From assembly GCA_973895155.1 (NCBI GenBank), contig OZ316896.1, positions 10,964,795-11,028,794 on the forward strand: DNA of 64,000 bases, given 5' to 3'. The position numbers and the translations under genes are program-made. Position 1 is the first letter of the stretch. Each line of letters starts with the position of its first letter. The DNA comes from Marsupella aquatica (taxonomy: Eukaryota; Plantae; Marchantiophyta). Shown piece after piece: positions 12,747 through 25,840 of the stretch. Under the pieces are notes generated by a model. It saw nothing but the letters and a program-made list of their open reading frames with translations. It was not told the DNA's origin and searched no databases.

Positions 12747-13140
12747 GCTCAAAAGTTGAAGTGAAGAAGCTCACAACGTGTGTAATACGCGATGTGATGA
12801 CAATGTTGATGCTAATCCTGAACACCCGGCCAGAACACAAGCCATATGAAGGAATTTATGTCACGATGATGATGAATTCCAGAAAATTTGCATACAAACG
12901 CAACCTGAATGGCAACCAAAACAACTAACCTGTTGCTCAAAAGTAGGAGTGAAGAAGCTCAAAACTTGCGTGTAATCCACGACATGATGATGCGCATGCT
13001 GATCCCAAACACAAGCCATACAATGACATTGTCACAAAATGATCAATGAGGAATTCCAAAAAATTTGCATACACCCGCAACCTGAATGGCAACCAAACAA
13101 CATTGACCTCTTGCTCAAAAAGATGGAGTGAGTGAGCTCT
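12747..13140. repeat. Degenerate ~180-190-bp tandem repeat, about 2.2 copies
   Basis: GCTCAAAAG..GAGTGAAGAAGCTC recurs at 12747, 12935 and 13113. The block AAAATTTGCATAC...CGCAACCTGAATGGCAACCAAA occurs twice. Confidence 0.8.
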
Positions 13141-16100
13141 GGAGATTGCGTAATCCAAGTTCAGCCAACTCACTGACTTCTCTCTTGCAAATGCCATGGC
13201 TGAGTTTTCTCGTCTTTTGTCTTCAATGTCACTTACCAAAGAGCAAGGCAAGCTCAAAATTTGGCCATGGCTACCGAACCACATGTGCACTACAGACCAA
13301 CATAGGCGCCAACTTTACAGGACTACATATGGTTATGGTAATGTCTTAAGTCCTCTACCCATGGGGTTTCCTTGCAGGAGCTCCTGTAACTCTCCCGGTA
13401 ACACTTAGGTTACGGTTTGGGCCTAATCTTGTTAAGGCCCAGGTTTGAGACGCCCTATTGATCCCATTGGAATTCGTAGACCATTAGGACTAACAAGCAG
13501 GTTTATCAGGGATGTTGGGATGGACAATTGAGTTTGACCTTGGGATTCAAATGAACTGAGTACTTTTTTCCACCCACAATGATATTAAGCACTTGTACCA
13601 ATAACATGTGCTATGAGTAACTATTAACATTTTAAACTGGCCCATGTTGGTGCAGTGGTCCATCTGAGCATGTTGTCAAACATGGTGGTGGAAGGTGGCT
13701 TCCATTTCACAATTAAGAGATAGCTTAATAAAAACATTCCAATATTTGTATGGTTCATTTAGCTAAATCCAGCTTCTATGAGGAATTAGCTAGCATTCAC
13801 TGGCTTTTCCAGGTTTCCAGTTTCAAAAAGAACATGAATTTTGCATCCAACGGTATTTGTCATGTTGCCACCTCTTGATTTATATGAAGTGCATTGTCAC
13901 AAAGCAATGGTTGTGACAATGCAGTTCTTTTTGGCAAAAACTTGCACAACATATTTCTTCTTGCATCAACTTCAGCACCCAGCTATCTCTCAATCTTCTT
14001 AATTAAAGTTGAGGAACATGAAATAATTTTTTTGTATTCCAATGGGATTGAAGGGCTGATGCTAATGTTCTTAGTAGAAGTCTAACACCTAACTCCAAGT
14101 TCCACACCAACAAACATGTAACCTGCAAATGTGCAAATAAAACATAAGGTGTCAGAACACCAGTTTTACGAATAATAGCGTAGACACATTAGTTAGAGTA
14201 ATGTTTCACAGCAAATTTGATGGCATATTTTAGGGGGACAATATCATTATTGGTTGACTAAGTGGGGTCAAGTAGAGAGACCTCGAATTCTCTAACGAGT
14301 CTGCTTGGGTTGGGTACTCTAGAAAAATATGGCATATAAGCTTATTACATTCTGACTAATATTGTGACACAAGCTACGAGCCAAAACCAGAACAGCTGCA
14401 AACATAGTGAACGTCACTGATGATGCGTCAAAATCATCATCGTCGCTTTAATTTTGGCTTCCAAAAAATATTGCATGGAACCACATGGCACATGCTACAA
14501 GTCCAGTGACTTACGTTAGTAATGTCAAATACTTCGTATGAAGGTAACACACTGCAAAATTGTCCTTTTCTTTCTTTCCGATGTCATCCGCTTCTCGATG
14601 CACACGGGGTTCCTTCAATTAGAAAAGAAAATAATAGAACAACAAAACTTTATGTGCCCACCAATCAGGTGAAACAACAACAGCATCATTATTTTGCCCA
14701 TGCCTCTCATTTTCTACCACCACGTAGCTTAGTCTGAGAATTTATGGACTACTTTCCTGAGACATTCATTTCTTGTGATCCATTGGGTCCCTCCATTTGT
14801 TATCATATGTTACCAATATAGCACACAAAAGGTGAAATTAGGAGGGTGTATATGTTCACTTTTTCAGATGCTAGTTACAAATTCATGAATCCACATAAAG
14901 ACAGAGTTTGCTCTTCATCTCACTACGGTAGTAAATCGTGATAAAAATAATTATTATTTTGGGTTACTCTGTGTACAGTGAAACCTCTTGACCATGACTC
15001 TGAGAAATAACCAGAATTTAGGGTGGGGATGAAAAATTGAATGCAAGTAGTTGCATGGACAACCAGCAGGTATTGACATTCAAACCAGGACATTGAGTAG
15101 TAGCTGGTGCTAGGTAGCTGGGGATGGAGCTGTATGATGAAACTGGCCAGTTATGTGAGATGAACTTGTTTGTCTTCATCTCTATTCACTTTGAAAGAAC
15201 ACAAATTTGGGCTAGTTATTGTATGAGTGAACATAATCCTGACAAATGAAGTTCAAGGTTTATAAGTTAATCTGAAGTTGCACAAACCCTCACCTCATAG
15301 AGGGGTATAACATAGAGATTTAACACACAGAAAACTTGCAGGTGATTCGTTTATCAGAAGGTGAACGAAGGCAGCATTTAAATGTGTGACCCACGGGCTT
15401 TAATTAATGAATTTTTAGAGCCTACCTGCGATTGAGAAATTTCTACGAGTCTACGACAGTTTGGTGAGCTGTTTCCTCCGTACGAGTCGGTGTGCTGCCG
15501 TACCACATCGACTGTAGTGGTGTCATGGTACCTCTCCTGCAGAAAATATATATTATTCTAGTAGTTTGTTATGGGTTTTTCAGAGGAATATTGCTTTTTG
15601 TATTCAGAACGAGACAATATTCCAATCGAGTACCAAAAAGGTTAACTGCTTTACCAGTTTGCCTGGTATTATTCAATTCAGCAAATTGGATTTATTGGAA
15701 GCTCCGTAAAAGCGTACAAATGTCAGCCTCTGACTTTAACCGATTGAAAGAATCAATAAGGAGTACGTTATTACAAGCTTGTAAATGAATCCCCGATACC
15801 TCTATTGGACATCGTTTACCGCTTCCAGTTCGATGCACACTATGAAAATGTTAAACCTGTAAGATAGGGCGAGTCACACTTTTCTTTAGAGATTTCATGA
15901 CAAGTCTATTGTCAAACTCATGGTCTGTACTTACAACTTACACCCCATTGATTGTTTCTGTTATAACCATGAATTATAATGTTTATAGTCACAAACAAAC
16001 TTGACTCTGTATTAATAATCGTTTTGTTGTAAAAGCTGAAATGGATGGATATTTGTGTTAGTGCAATTTGCCAACAAAAACAATTAGACCTGGCAATAGT

Positions 16101-16787
16101 AAAAATTTGAAAAATTGATAATTAGTTGTGGATCCCCCTACTCGTGCATGCTTTACCACTTGGCAGGAAACTAATACAAGCTCTCTTGTTTTTGCCAATA
16201 TTAAATTGTGCAAATAATACATACGCTGCATAGTCAGTTCTTACATCAATCATCAATATGGTCATCACCAAATTATACTGTTGTTTCATAAGCTGCTATA
16301 ACAGCATTGATTAATGATTAACAAAGCATTCTTGATACTTCGTGGGGTTTACTCAGAATAACAACTACATTGGGAAAATAATAATTTACAAATAATATTT
16401 GGTCGCTCATTGGCCAAACTCTGTGCCCAATTATGCGTCACACTAAAATATCCCTTCTTTCATAAAGCTACGAGCAATGTAGGTTTTCCAAAATGCCCTG
16501 ATGGATTTTGGAAGAGGAGGATGCAGGGCTTTTATTTACAACCTCACAGAAAATGTTTTAATTATTCCACCCCTCTGCCTGTAGTTTGTGTCTACAGTGG
16601 AGAATAATCTTCAACTTTTCAATTTTTCTGAAAATTTTGAGGCTCTGTGCCAGCAGTCAAAATTCTCGGGAAGTTAGCCATAACCTGGAGCAAGAATGGT
16701 GTGCACTACGCTATAACTGCAAAAGTAGAGGCTTGGAACTGTAACAAAGAATAGCTTGTTGGACATAAATGCAATTAAGGGTTGCAT

Positions 16788-17101
16788 AATGGGTTTGGGA
16801 GAGTGGGAGACACCCGGTTGGAACTTGCCCTTCAAACTGGGGGATTTTCCCTGTCAAACCGTAAATCCGTAAACCCAGACGCCCGGTCACCTGAAGTTTG
16901 GGTTCAGGATGGGTTTGGGAGGCCGGGTTTGGGAGGGGTTTGGGAGGCTGGGGAGGTATTTTGGTAGGGGTTTGAAAGGGGTTCAGGAGGACAGACGGTT
17001 TGAGAGGCCGGGTCTGGGCCGGGTTTGGGTGGGCTGGGGCGTGGTCCCGTGTGGGGCGGGTCAGGATTCTAGGGACCGAAGGAGTCGGGGGGAGGGGGGG
17101 G
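16788..17101 (+). repeat. G-rich GGGTTTGGGA motif cluster, probably subterminal repeats of a DNA transposon remnant
   Basis: GGGTTTGGG(A) occurs at about 16790, 16911, 16925, 16935 and 17020, with inverted AAACCC copies near 16857-16876. Confidence 0.55.
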
Positions 17102-18085
17102 ATATCAAAAAATATACATCAAACTGATTCTTTTGGGATCATCATTTGACTATTTTATGTGCCCGGCAAATTATAAACTTGCCGGTCAGGTTAAACCTTG
17201 GGGAGACGGGAGACCAAGACCTTTGCTCACTGCCCGCGGGCCCTGCCTCTTCAATTCCATGTTGTTAAGGTCCACACGATTGCTATCATAGGGTAGAGGA
17301 GGCACTGGCCTCCGTTAAAAGTGGGCGACGTGGTCGAATAGGCGACCGTAAGAACGTGTAGCATTGACCGAATTAAATTGTTTTTTAATGTAGGGTGACT
17401 TCTATTTTTCCCCCGAATTCTTGAAAAGTGACTTCTGATTTCGAGACGACTACAGTAGTAATAAAGTGCTATGCCGTGAGGATACCATCATCTGATTCTT
17501 CAGCGCTCCAATGCGAGGACCGCTTCTCAAGATTTCTGGATTCATTATTGTCAATCGATAACCTCTCTGGGAGGGATTCCGGCAAACAAGGTGCTACAGA
17601 AGTACCTAAAAAGTGTCGAAAGTATCAGACAGGCACAGCGAAGAAAGACTGGGTGTTGACCTTCACCGGACCACACGGCAACCACTACGATGATCGACCC
17701 CGAAGAATACAGAATTGTCTGCTTGAAGTGATGCGCGATCCTCATTGGCGGGGGCATCACCAAGGGTCCCTGGGGCGACACAGAGGTGACACAACGATAG
17801 AGCGGACGACTTGTGACTTTCGTTTTCTTTTATTCTTGGCCTGAATCTCGTCTATGTGCTAGTTTATTCATTTTGCCAAAAGGGCCAAATAAAGTACGAG
17901 AAGAGGACAAAGACTAAAGAAGAGGCAAATGCAACTCAAGAAATCTACCCTAAACTGTAGAAAGAGGAAAGATTTAAAACAAATTGTCCCAACTGCGTGC
18001 TGGTAACTGCAAATCAAAAAGCATACCATGTATGGTGCCACGCGACACTATTGTGCCATGTGACACTTTTGTAACGCACATCTAA

Positions 18086-18622
18086 GGGTGGCTTTACAAG
18101 ACGTCGGGGGCAGTTCCTTCACTTTTCTGACATCCAAGATCCAATCCGGGCCATCCATTGGGGAGATAGTGCTGGAGTTCACTTTAGAAAACGTCGGGGG
18201 CAGTTTTGCTCATTGATTCTGCCGATCCTACATGGACTTCAGTGGGGCCCAACTTTTGCCGACGTGGAGCTCTTTTTTGTCCAGAATTTTAGACCACCTC
18301 CGTTGGAGGTCCCTTCATCCAGCCGCTTGGTCCATTCCTATTATGGGCAGTTTTCAATAAATGCGGACCCACAGGAACCAGCATTAGCCAAAGATTAGCC
18401 AGCATTAGCCAAAGATTCAGGTGGAGTGGGTCCCAAGTTTGTCTTCTAGTCAATGATTCTAGCTACACTGGCCAGAGTTCCCTTTACAAGACGTCGGGGG
18501 CAATAAAAGTCTTCTAAATTCTCTATTAGCCCCGGTATACTGTTTTTAGCATGTGAAACTGCTGCTGGCTCAGCTTTGGTAGAAAAGGAAACGAACGGCC
18601 CCGCCGTCTTGTAAAGTGCCCC
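18086..18622. mobile_element. Tourist-like (PIF/Harbinger) MITE
   Basis: TAA TSD (18083-18085, 18623-18625). Terminal inverted repeats (TIRs) GGGTGGCTTTACAAGACGTCGGGG and CCCCGCCGTCTTGTAAAGTGCCCC. Extra internal TIR-like copies near 18180 and 18481. Confidence 0.85.
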
Positions 18623-20170
18623 TAATACAGCTCAAGATATTGTGCCACATGACACAGGCCCACACTTTGGACAGATTTCTCATTCCATAAAAAACCAGTT
18701 TGTTGTTGAGTGATGGACGTGCGCCAGGGACTCTTTGGTTATTTGGCTCAGTCCCTGGATTTCATTGGATTTTCCCTTGTTGCCTCCCCGTTGTTGGGTC
18801 TCCTGTCTTTCAGATAATGTCTCTCCACCTTGGGTGTCCTTTGTTCTTTGGCGTGAAATAGTTTAGATTGTTCTCTTACATCATTAAGTGAAGTTCCCAA
18901 AAGGCAGATTTGGTGAGGCCCACGGTTGCTTTCCCACCTGTTTGGCCCACCCCAAAAACTTGCCTGCACCCTAGAGCGGTGATCTAGAGGCTTACCTCGA
19001 GATGATAGGCAGGATTGCTTATTACAATGCTTGATGCAATGAAATCTGGACAATATAATCATTGAGTGGAACCCTTGCAATTGGCTGTACAAAAACACCA
19101 GGGCCTATTAAGGTATGGTCCTACCTAGCAATAGTGGGCCAAAATAAATGTTGATGCAGAGTTCTTAGTTTTTTTTAGACTTCTAGATCATGTGCAAAGG
19201 TGATTCAAACATTTTCAAACTTTAGTTCCTTCATTCAACAGCTTTGGATTTCTTGAACTTTACTTTATAAAAAAACTTGTATCATGGATTCAATCTTTAC
19301 AACTCCAGTTTGCACTGAGAAAGATGTTCATTCTCAGAATACTTTGTGTCACACTCTAAGATGTTGGCCACCTGCTGGTTTCCATTTAGGTGAAAAGATA
19401 ATGATATCCAATTTTTGTCAGTGTCAAGTCTTTTATGTGACTTTGGTGAACCCTTTTTTGGAATGGGGGCTTGAACTAAGGCTGGTTGTCTTCTGAACCT
19501 TGGACTAAATCCCACTTACCATCACTACAATTGGGGCTGTACTTGCTGCGATGACTAATGTTGAGCAAGCTCTGCACTTGTGTAGGCACCCATCATAAGT
19601 ATCATTTGGAAGACATAGGGCTCAATGGCTCATGTCTTCACCTTTTGTGCATACTTAGGCAGCTAGGAATGTAACAGGCAACATTGAATGAAATGGGCAA
19701 CAATAAATGATTTTCTCAGGACCCTTCAAGGCTTTCATCTATCATTTTGCTTTGGTGAGAAAGTCCCCACCAGTTTTTGTTTGTGGCAGGAATTCACTAC
19801 ATTCTACTCTGGCTGAAAAGTCGAAACTACTTTTGGCAAGTATCTTCAACACCTTTGTCTTCAATTGGCTAGTTTCTGACCTATCCAAAGGCCCCTTTAG
19901 CCAAAATTTGACTGTTATCCTTAAATGTAGCGAGACCTAACGCTCACAAATTAATCTAAGAAAAGTATATTAATAAATGAGATGAAGATTAATAATATTC
20001 TTAGCATGTTCTCTTGCAATCAATTGGCCACCCTCCTGAAAACAAAGGAAAAGCTTACAAATTACCCTGGCTCCCACTTTGTGTAAAGTCACCCTTTGTA
20101 AATACCACCGTTCGAAACAGAAAGAAGAAATCCATCATAGTGAGTCTTAAAGCTTCATTTGTTAGAGGTA

Positions 20171-20572
20171 CTAGCCTCGACTACCCGTTCTTTGAACGTG
20201 AATAGCGGAGATGACAATAAAAGAATTATCAAAATATATTTTCTATTCATATTCTTTGAAGATTAATGATTCGATAAAAAAACCTAACATTTTAATAGTC
20301 ATATATAATATATCATTCTCCTTGATGTGCACATCAAGCTTTTTGTATGCACATCCATGTTCTATGCACATATGTTGTGGGGGGACCATACTACCTATAT
20401 ATTTTGAATGTAAATATTTAAAAATTATCATATAAAATTGACATGTCTATACATCATAGTCATGTCATAAATTTTTCCCATGCACATGATAACCATGGAG
20501 TTATGATCTAGAGGCTTCACTCTAGACCCTAGCTTGTGAAAGTAGGCTGCAATTCATGCTTTATTAGTAAAA
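20171..20572 (-). mobile_element. Non-autonomous Helitron, copy 2
   Basis: On the minus strand it ends CACGTTC-AAA-GAACGGG-tagtcgagg-CTAG|T, the canonical Helitron hairpin plus CTAG 3' end before a T. The 5' end is A|TTTTACTAATAAA. Colinear homolog of 3803-4170. Confidence 0.75.
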
Positions 20573-21473
20573 TGTCTTTTGGCCATACTTTTAGCACAGG
20601 TTGTGTAAGAATTTTATAATATTTTCAAACGATGATTGAGTCAAAGCATATGGTCAATTTTTATGATTAAATAGTTATGGATCATGAAGGAGATAGTTTT
20701 GACTACTAAATTAAGGTCCATCAAATTCTGAAATAAGAGACCCCCTAATAAAAGCGCAGTCATTAAGAGGTATCCACCGAAGCAACATCCGTGGAAAATG
20801 AGAGGAGCTGACCAGACAGCAACATACTAGAGTACATGACTGTACCTACTACTGCAAGGACTTGTCTGTTTTTAGACCGATGAGAATTTGGCAATTTGCG
20901 ATCATAGGAGTTGACGGCCCTCTGTAGGGAGAGCGGGCGACGCGCTTGGAGAGAAGTTTCGGGGTTCGCTTCCTCTGACCTACGAGCGGAAGACGGCGCA
21001 TTCGGGGAGGAGGCGAAGACTGCGACCAGGACAAATTTGATTACAGGAAGAGAACGAAAAGCGAGAACGGGGGAAAGTGGCAGAATAATGGACATCAAGA
21101 CCAGATATGTGTTTTGTCGGTGTAGTGACGAAAGAGGAGATGGGGGTTCGCCTTGCCCTGTCTTTCAGAATTTGCATCCCCGGTCGCGCCTTCGTCTCAG
21201 CTTTGAAGCGGAGACTACACTCCGAGCGAACATTTGTCGATTGAACAGGCAAATAGCGTAGTTGTTGTACTCATGCTGCTGCTGTGGCTACCTCGTAAGG
21301 AATCAAAGATGCAGTAACTCGGTTGTGGTAGAGCGATAGCTAGCGTCGGTCATACAAATGTCGGGTACCACTTGCAGAGAGGAAGAATCCTTGTCGCTCC
21401 TCACTGCTCCAGCGCATTTCAAAGTTCCTCATGCAAGTCCACGTAAGTCATACATCCGAAGGTTCATGTGCGC

Positions 21474-22110
21474 ATTGCCTTCAGATTAACTGTACTGTGG
21501 ATTGTTTGGAGGCCAAGCAACATTCATGGTTTGCTCTTTCAAGTCAGGCGATCAATCGAGCTGGTGAGATTAGTTGCAACGGTCTAATTATTTGTTAGAA
21601 CTGAACTGGGTGGAGAATTAGGCTCAGCCTTTGCACTTTTCAGTTTAGGGACGACGGTGATAGGAGAGAGACTCTGGGGGATGATCAACAAAGGTCAACG
21701 CAGGACAGTATTATACTACAATTGCCTTCAGGTTAAGTGTAATGTAGATTATTTGGAGGCCCAGAAACATTCATGGCTCTTTCAAGTCAGGCAATCAAAT
21801 GAGCTGGCGAGATTAGTTGTACGGTTTAATTACTTGTCAGAACTGGACTGGGTGGACAATTAGGCTCAATATTTGCACTTTTCATCAGTCTAGGGACAAC
21901 GGTGATATGATTATTGCTCGGGCCTTTGGAAACTGGCAATAGTGGAGAAATCACCTTGTGGGAAAAGTTGTATAGTAAAGATGACATTGACGATCCAGTT
22001 TATAGGGTTGGACTTGATCAACAAAGGGCAATGCAGGACAGTATTATACTACAGTAGCTCTGGTTATTGCTCGGGCCATTCAAACTAGCAACAGTGGAAA
22101 ATTTCTCTTT
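21474..22110. repeat. Mosaic local duplications
   Basis: 21474-21662 resembles 21721-21907; 21682-21720 resembles 22016-22053; 21911-21955 resembles 22063-22107. Confidence 0.8.
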
Positions 22111-24300
22111 CAAGGAAGAGTTGGATAGAGATCACATTGGTGAGACTGTTCCAGTATGCGGGGGATTCTGCAACTGTAGAACCTGAAATGCTAAGTAAAT
22201 CCAGGTAAAGCTCACGAGGAAAGGAAAAGCTTGGGAAAGTGTTAAAGACTGCCTTGAACAATCTACACCTATCATCTACTGTACCTCGCTATCTAGTTTG
22301 GAAGGTAAATCATCTTATGTACGTGCAATGATCGTGTTATTCGGTTTTGTGTTACATTTGTTGCCCTTACCGGCCTTAATTTATATGAAGATTTTCACTA
22401 ACTTTGAGCTTTTATTCAAGATCATACTGTAATTGTTTTAAGCTCATACGTCAAACCAGCTTCCCTACTAGTACCCTAACTTCAAGTATAGCATCCTGAG
22501 CGTAATACAGCATTGACTGTTCTCGGGATTTGTTCTCACGTTCTCCTGAAATTACTGGTTTTCAAGCCTTAAAGGTGTTTGGCACTGTCTCACGCTTGGT
22601 AATGCTAAGTGTATCCCCATTGAGACGGTGTACTCCCGACTGATTTGCTAGATGTGATAATTTAAATGAAGATTGTGCTAGCCAGGCTAGATTTGACTAT
22701 ATTAATTTATAGCCTTTGCCGAAGAAGAAGCAACAGATCTGCCGGATTACTTTGCACTGCTAGCCATGAGGAGATTTCGGAGTTGAAGGCGGCTGGAGAC
22801 CTGAAAACGCTAAAGCAGTTTGGTTTTTGGTGCTGATGGTAGTAGTTACCTCATCTCTCTGATAAGCAGCAAGCAGCATGGCCGATGTTCCAGTTTCACG
22901 TCAACGACAGCTCTTAAGAGGTCTTGTCGCATTGCATGCCTGATCTCTAAACTGGTAGAAATTTTCCTGTTGTGGCATACAATTAGGGTATCTCTATCTG
23001 TAAATTTGATTTGAAAGAAGACGCAATTTCTACAGGGTAGATTTTGAATTCTCGAACTAAACATGGAGACGCACGCGATCCTTGTTGAAAGAGGAATGGT
23101 GGAAGATCCAACTAAAATTAAGCTGTCTCCATAAGCTCCTTCGACCTGTTGCGGTGAAGATACATTGCTTATCCCAGAGTATTTATTGGCTGACAGGAGA
23201 AAACTTTTCGCTCTGGTTAGGAAACTAGTGTCGCTTGGTTTGACTTTGTCGCAGATTGATCGAAAGGAGAACTATCTCCACAATGGAGTGCTACAAAAAG
23301 ACGGTCTCAACAAGCAGAAGGACGAGAATTCGGGGGCCTTCACCTTTTGTGACAGTCTGCTTGTATTTAGTGCTTAAGTTTACAGAAAGAGGGTGCAAGG
23401 TTTTCTCAGGAGAAGTCAGTGTACTCTGCATTTCATATTTCGTGTAAGCAACCAATTCTGTGAAGAAAGCAGTAAAATTCCTTCAGAGGAATTGGTTTTC
23501 TTCGGACGTTGTTTCTTCGACGATATCATCAAATTTGTCGAACACTGATTGTGATTGTGATTGTGATACTTAGGTTTGTAAATCCCTCTTGTCCAGTACA
23601 GTGGTTGACCCATGTTTTGATTTTTCATATCCTGACACAAGTGGTCACTACACATTCAGCCCTGCTGACACACTTCAGGACCAGAAAAACAATCGATAAT
23701 GCTTTTCTCAATAGTGTAGTCCCCACGAGAAAACTTCATTTTTCTTCAGGTAATTGTGCATGTCGTCAGTATTGGTATGGTTCACACTCTCATCGGACTC
23801 TGGATTAGGAAATGCACGGAGAGGGACGAGTAATCATATTGCAGAGCTTGAAACGTCGGCAAAACTTGTATGATCAGGTGTTGAATTTTCTCCCTCGAAG
23901 TGGGCAACCCACAATAAACACACGGTACTCTGTTGGTAGCGAGCATTTAGATTTCATGCTAGAGTGTATAATATTCATGATTTCGTCCTGACAGATAACT
24001 GCTGCCTCTTAACTAGGAGCAAATATATTACGTAAGCAACAGTTTAGCTTTGCAGTTCCACACACGATACGAGCACAAGAGAGAGCCAGAGACTATCCAG
24101 CAATTCTAGGCAGCTAAGAACCAATGGTCTCACCTTTTGTATCGAACTCTCATGATTGCAGAAGCTTTCAATCTCCTCGAGCCACGATGTCTCTAGAAGT
24201 TAAATGAAATATCAAGCCATTCAGAGTGTTCTGCAATTTGTGAACTCTGCCCTCGGATCTCAATGATCAAGATGGTCAAAGCCTCTAAACATTTACAATT

Positions 24301-25840
24301 TCATTCTAGTCGACACCAGCCTGATTTCTTTGCAGGAACCAGCTCTATGATAAAATCTTTCAGAATGACGTAACTTTGAGCGCTCGTGTCTTTCGGCTTG
24401 CAGATTGACATGTGATCATCCTCAAGCAGAGTGAATGTATCTACATCTTGCCTGGCAGAAGTCTCTGTCACCACCAGGGATCGGAACGGACCCTGCACGA
24501 TGAACGCAGTCAGCAACATTCAACGAATCCAACAGTCAGATCAGATTTGTTGATAATTTGTCACGCCAGTTATAAACATAGGACGGGCTGCGTGGTGATC
24601 CTGGTTTTCTAAGTAATTGAGCGATGTGATACAAATGCTGTACACACATACTTTAATCCGGAGTTCTATATTCGACGCTGTTCCCTCTATTTCTCTTAAT
24701 GCTTAGTTGTAGGATGTCGAAAGAATGCGCGCTATTGCCAACTCCCTTGCCTCACATTGTAGGAAATCGAATCAAACCAAAAGACTAATCCGAAGTGACA
24801 AAACAGACGTTTCAATAACATTTAAGTATGGGAGTCTCATTACGCAGGGTAACGAAGAATGAATAACGTTTGTAGCAAAGGTTGAAGTTCACTCACGATT
24901 CTTATGAGGACATTTTCCGAAACTCCATCTGCTCTCCATCGGCGTGTTTCACGGAGCTTACGAAACGCATCGTTAATTTCCTGTGTATGAGTGCTCAGTT
25001 CTGTCAAGTAATCCAGCATTGCTCCTGGGCTCGGGACGTAGTTCTTTGCCAAGTTGGCCAGCTGCGAGCCTCCATGAGGTACAGAATAGTAGAAAATACC
25101 TTTTATGTGCTTCAGGAAGTTCTTGATAGACTTGTTGCGATGAATGAGATGTGATTTCTGATTCCTATCAGCTTCAAGGCATAGTTGCTTTATAACGATT
25201 CCACCCAGGCTGTGTCCAACCAAGATTACAGGCCATTTCGTCCCGACTCCTGCCGACACTACCACATCTTCAAGCAAGATTTCCCCCAGCTTAGGCAAAT
25301 CCACGTGGCCCTCGACTTTGCTTCTCCTCGCACTGGAATCGTAAGATATCGATAGAATTCGCGCTCCTGGAAAATCTCCGGGCAGCCACACCTGTGGCCA
25401 GCAAACTAGTCCCGACTGCCATGTCTCGACGTAGGCGTTTCTGTAGGTGCCAATTTGAAGCCCGTGAAAAAAGACGATGTCCAGCTGCTGCTGACCTTCC
25501 GGAGCATAGAGCTCGAACACCGAATCGTTCACCTACAGTTCCAAGCGAGGTCGGAGAATAATTGAGGTCGATGAATCCACTACATGCAGCAAAACATTTC
25601 TTCGATTCCTTACGAACATCTGTGTGTAATAGTCCAACACTCAGTCCACCTTCAAATTAAAACCCACAACAGAATTCGAATTCTCACCTTCCTCGGATAC
25701 GTCGTGTTGTGTGCATAGGTCTCCGTTGGTGGGACTGGTTCAGTGAACTGCGGATCGCCTGTTGTCTCTTCTGTGACCTCAGTACCATCCTGCGAATCTC
25801 TCTTCCAGGATTTTTTCTTCTTTCTAATATACGAGAACAT
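24301..25840 (-). CDS. Stand-alone SERAC1/DUF676-like alpha/beta-hydrolase, similar to the N-terminal hydrolase domain of liverwort hydrolase-NB-LRR (HNL) proteins
   Basis: Exons 25840-25688, 25532-24897 and 24492-24301 join in frame through GT-AG introns. Motifs DIVFFHGLQ, CWPQVWLPGDFPGARILSISYDS, nucleophile elbow VGHSLGG, YYSVPHGGS and DHMSICKP (catalytic His). Confidence 0.85.

Noticed and set aside
17428-17844. 138-aa ORF
   Set aside because: Non-ATG start and no recognisable motif in any frame. It may be a pseudogene fragment, but I cannot support a call.
22700-24300. NB-ARC/LRR exons continuing the hydrolase gene
   Set aside because: No P-loop (GxxGxGKT), kinase-2 or LRR pattern was seen on the minus strand, and the hydrolase frame ends in TGA at 24301.
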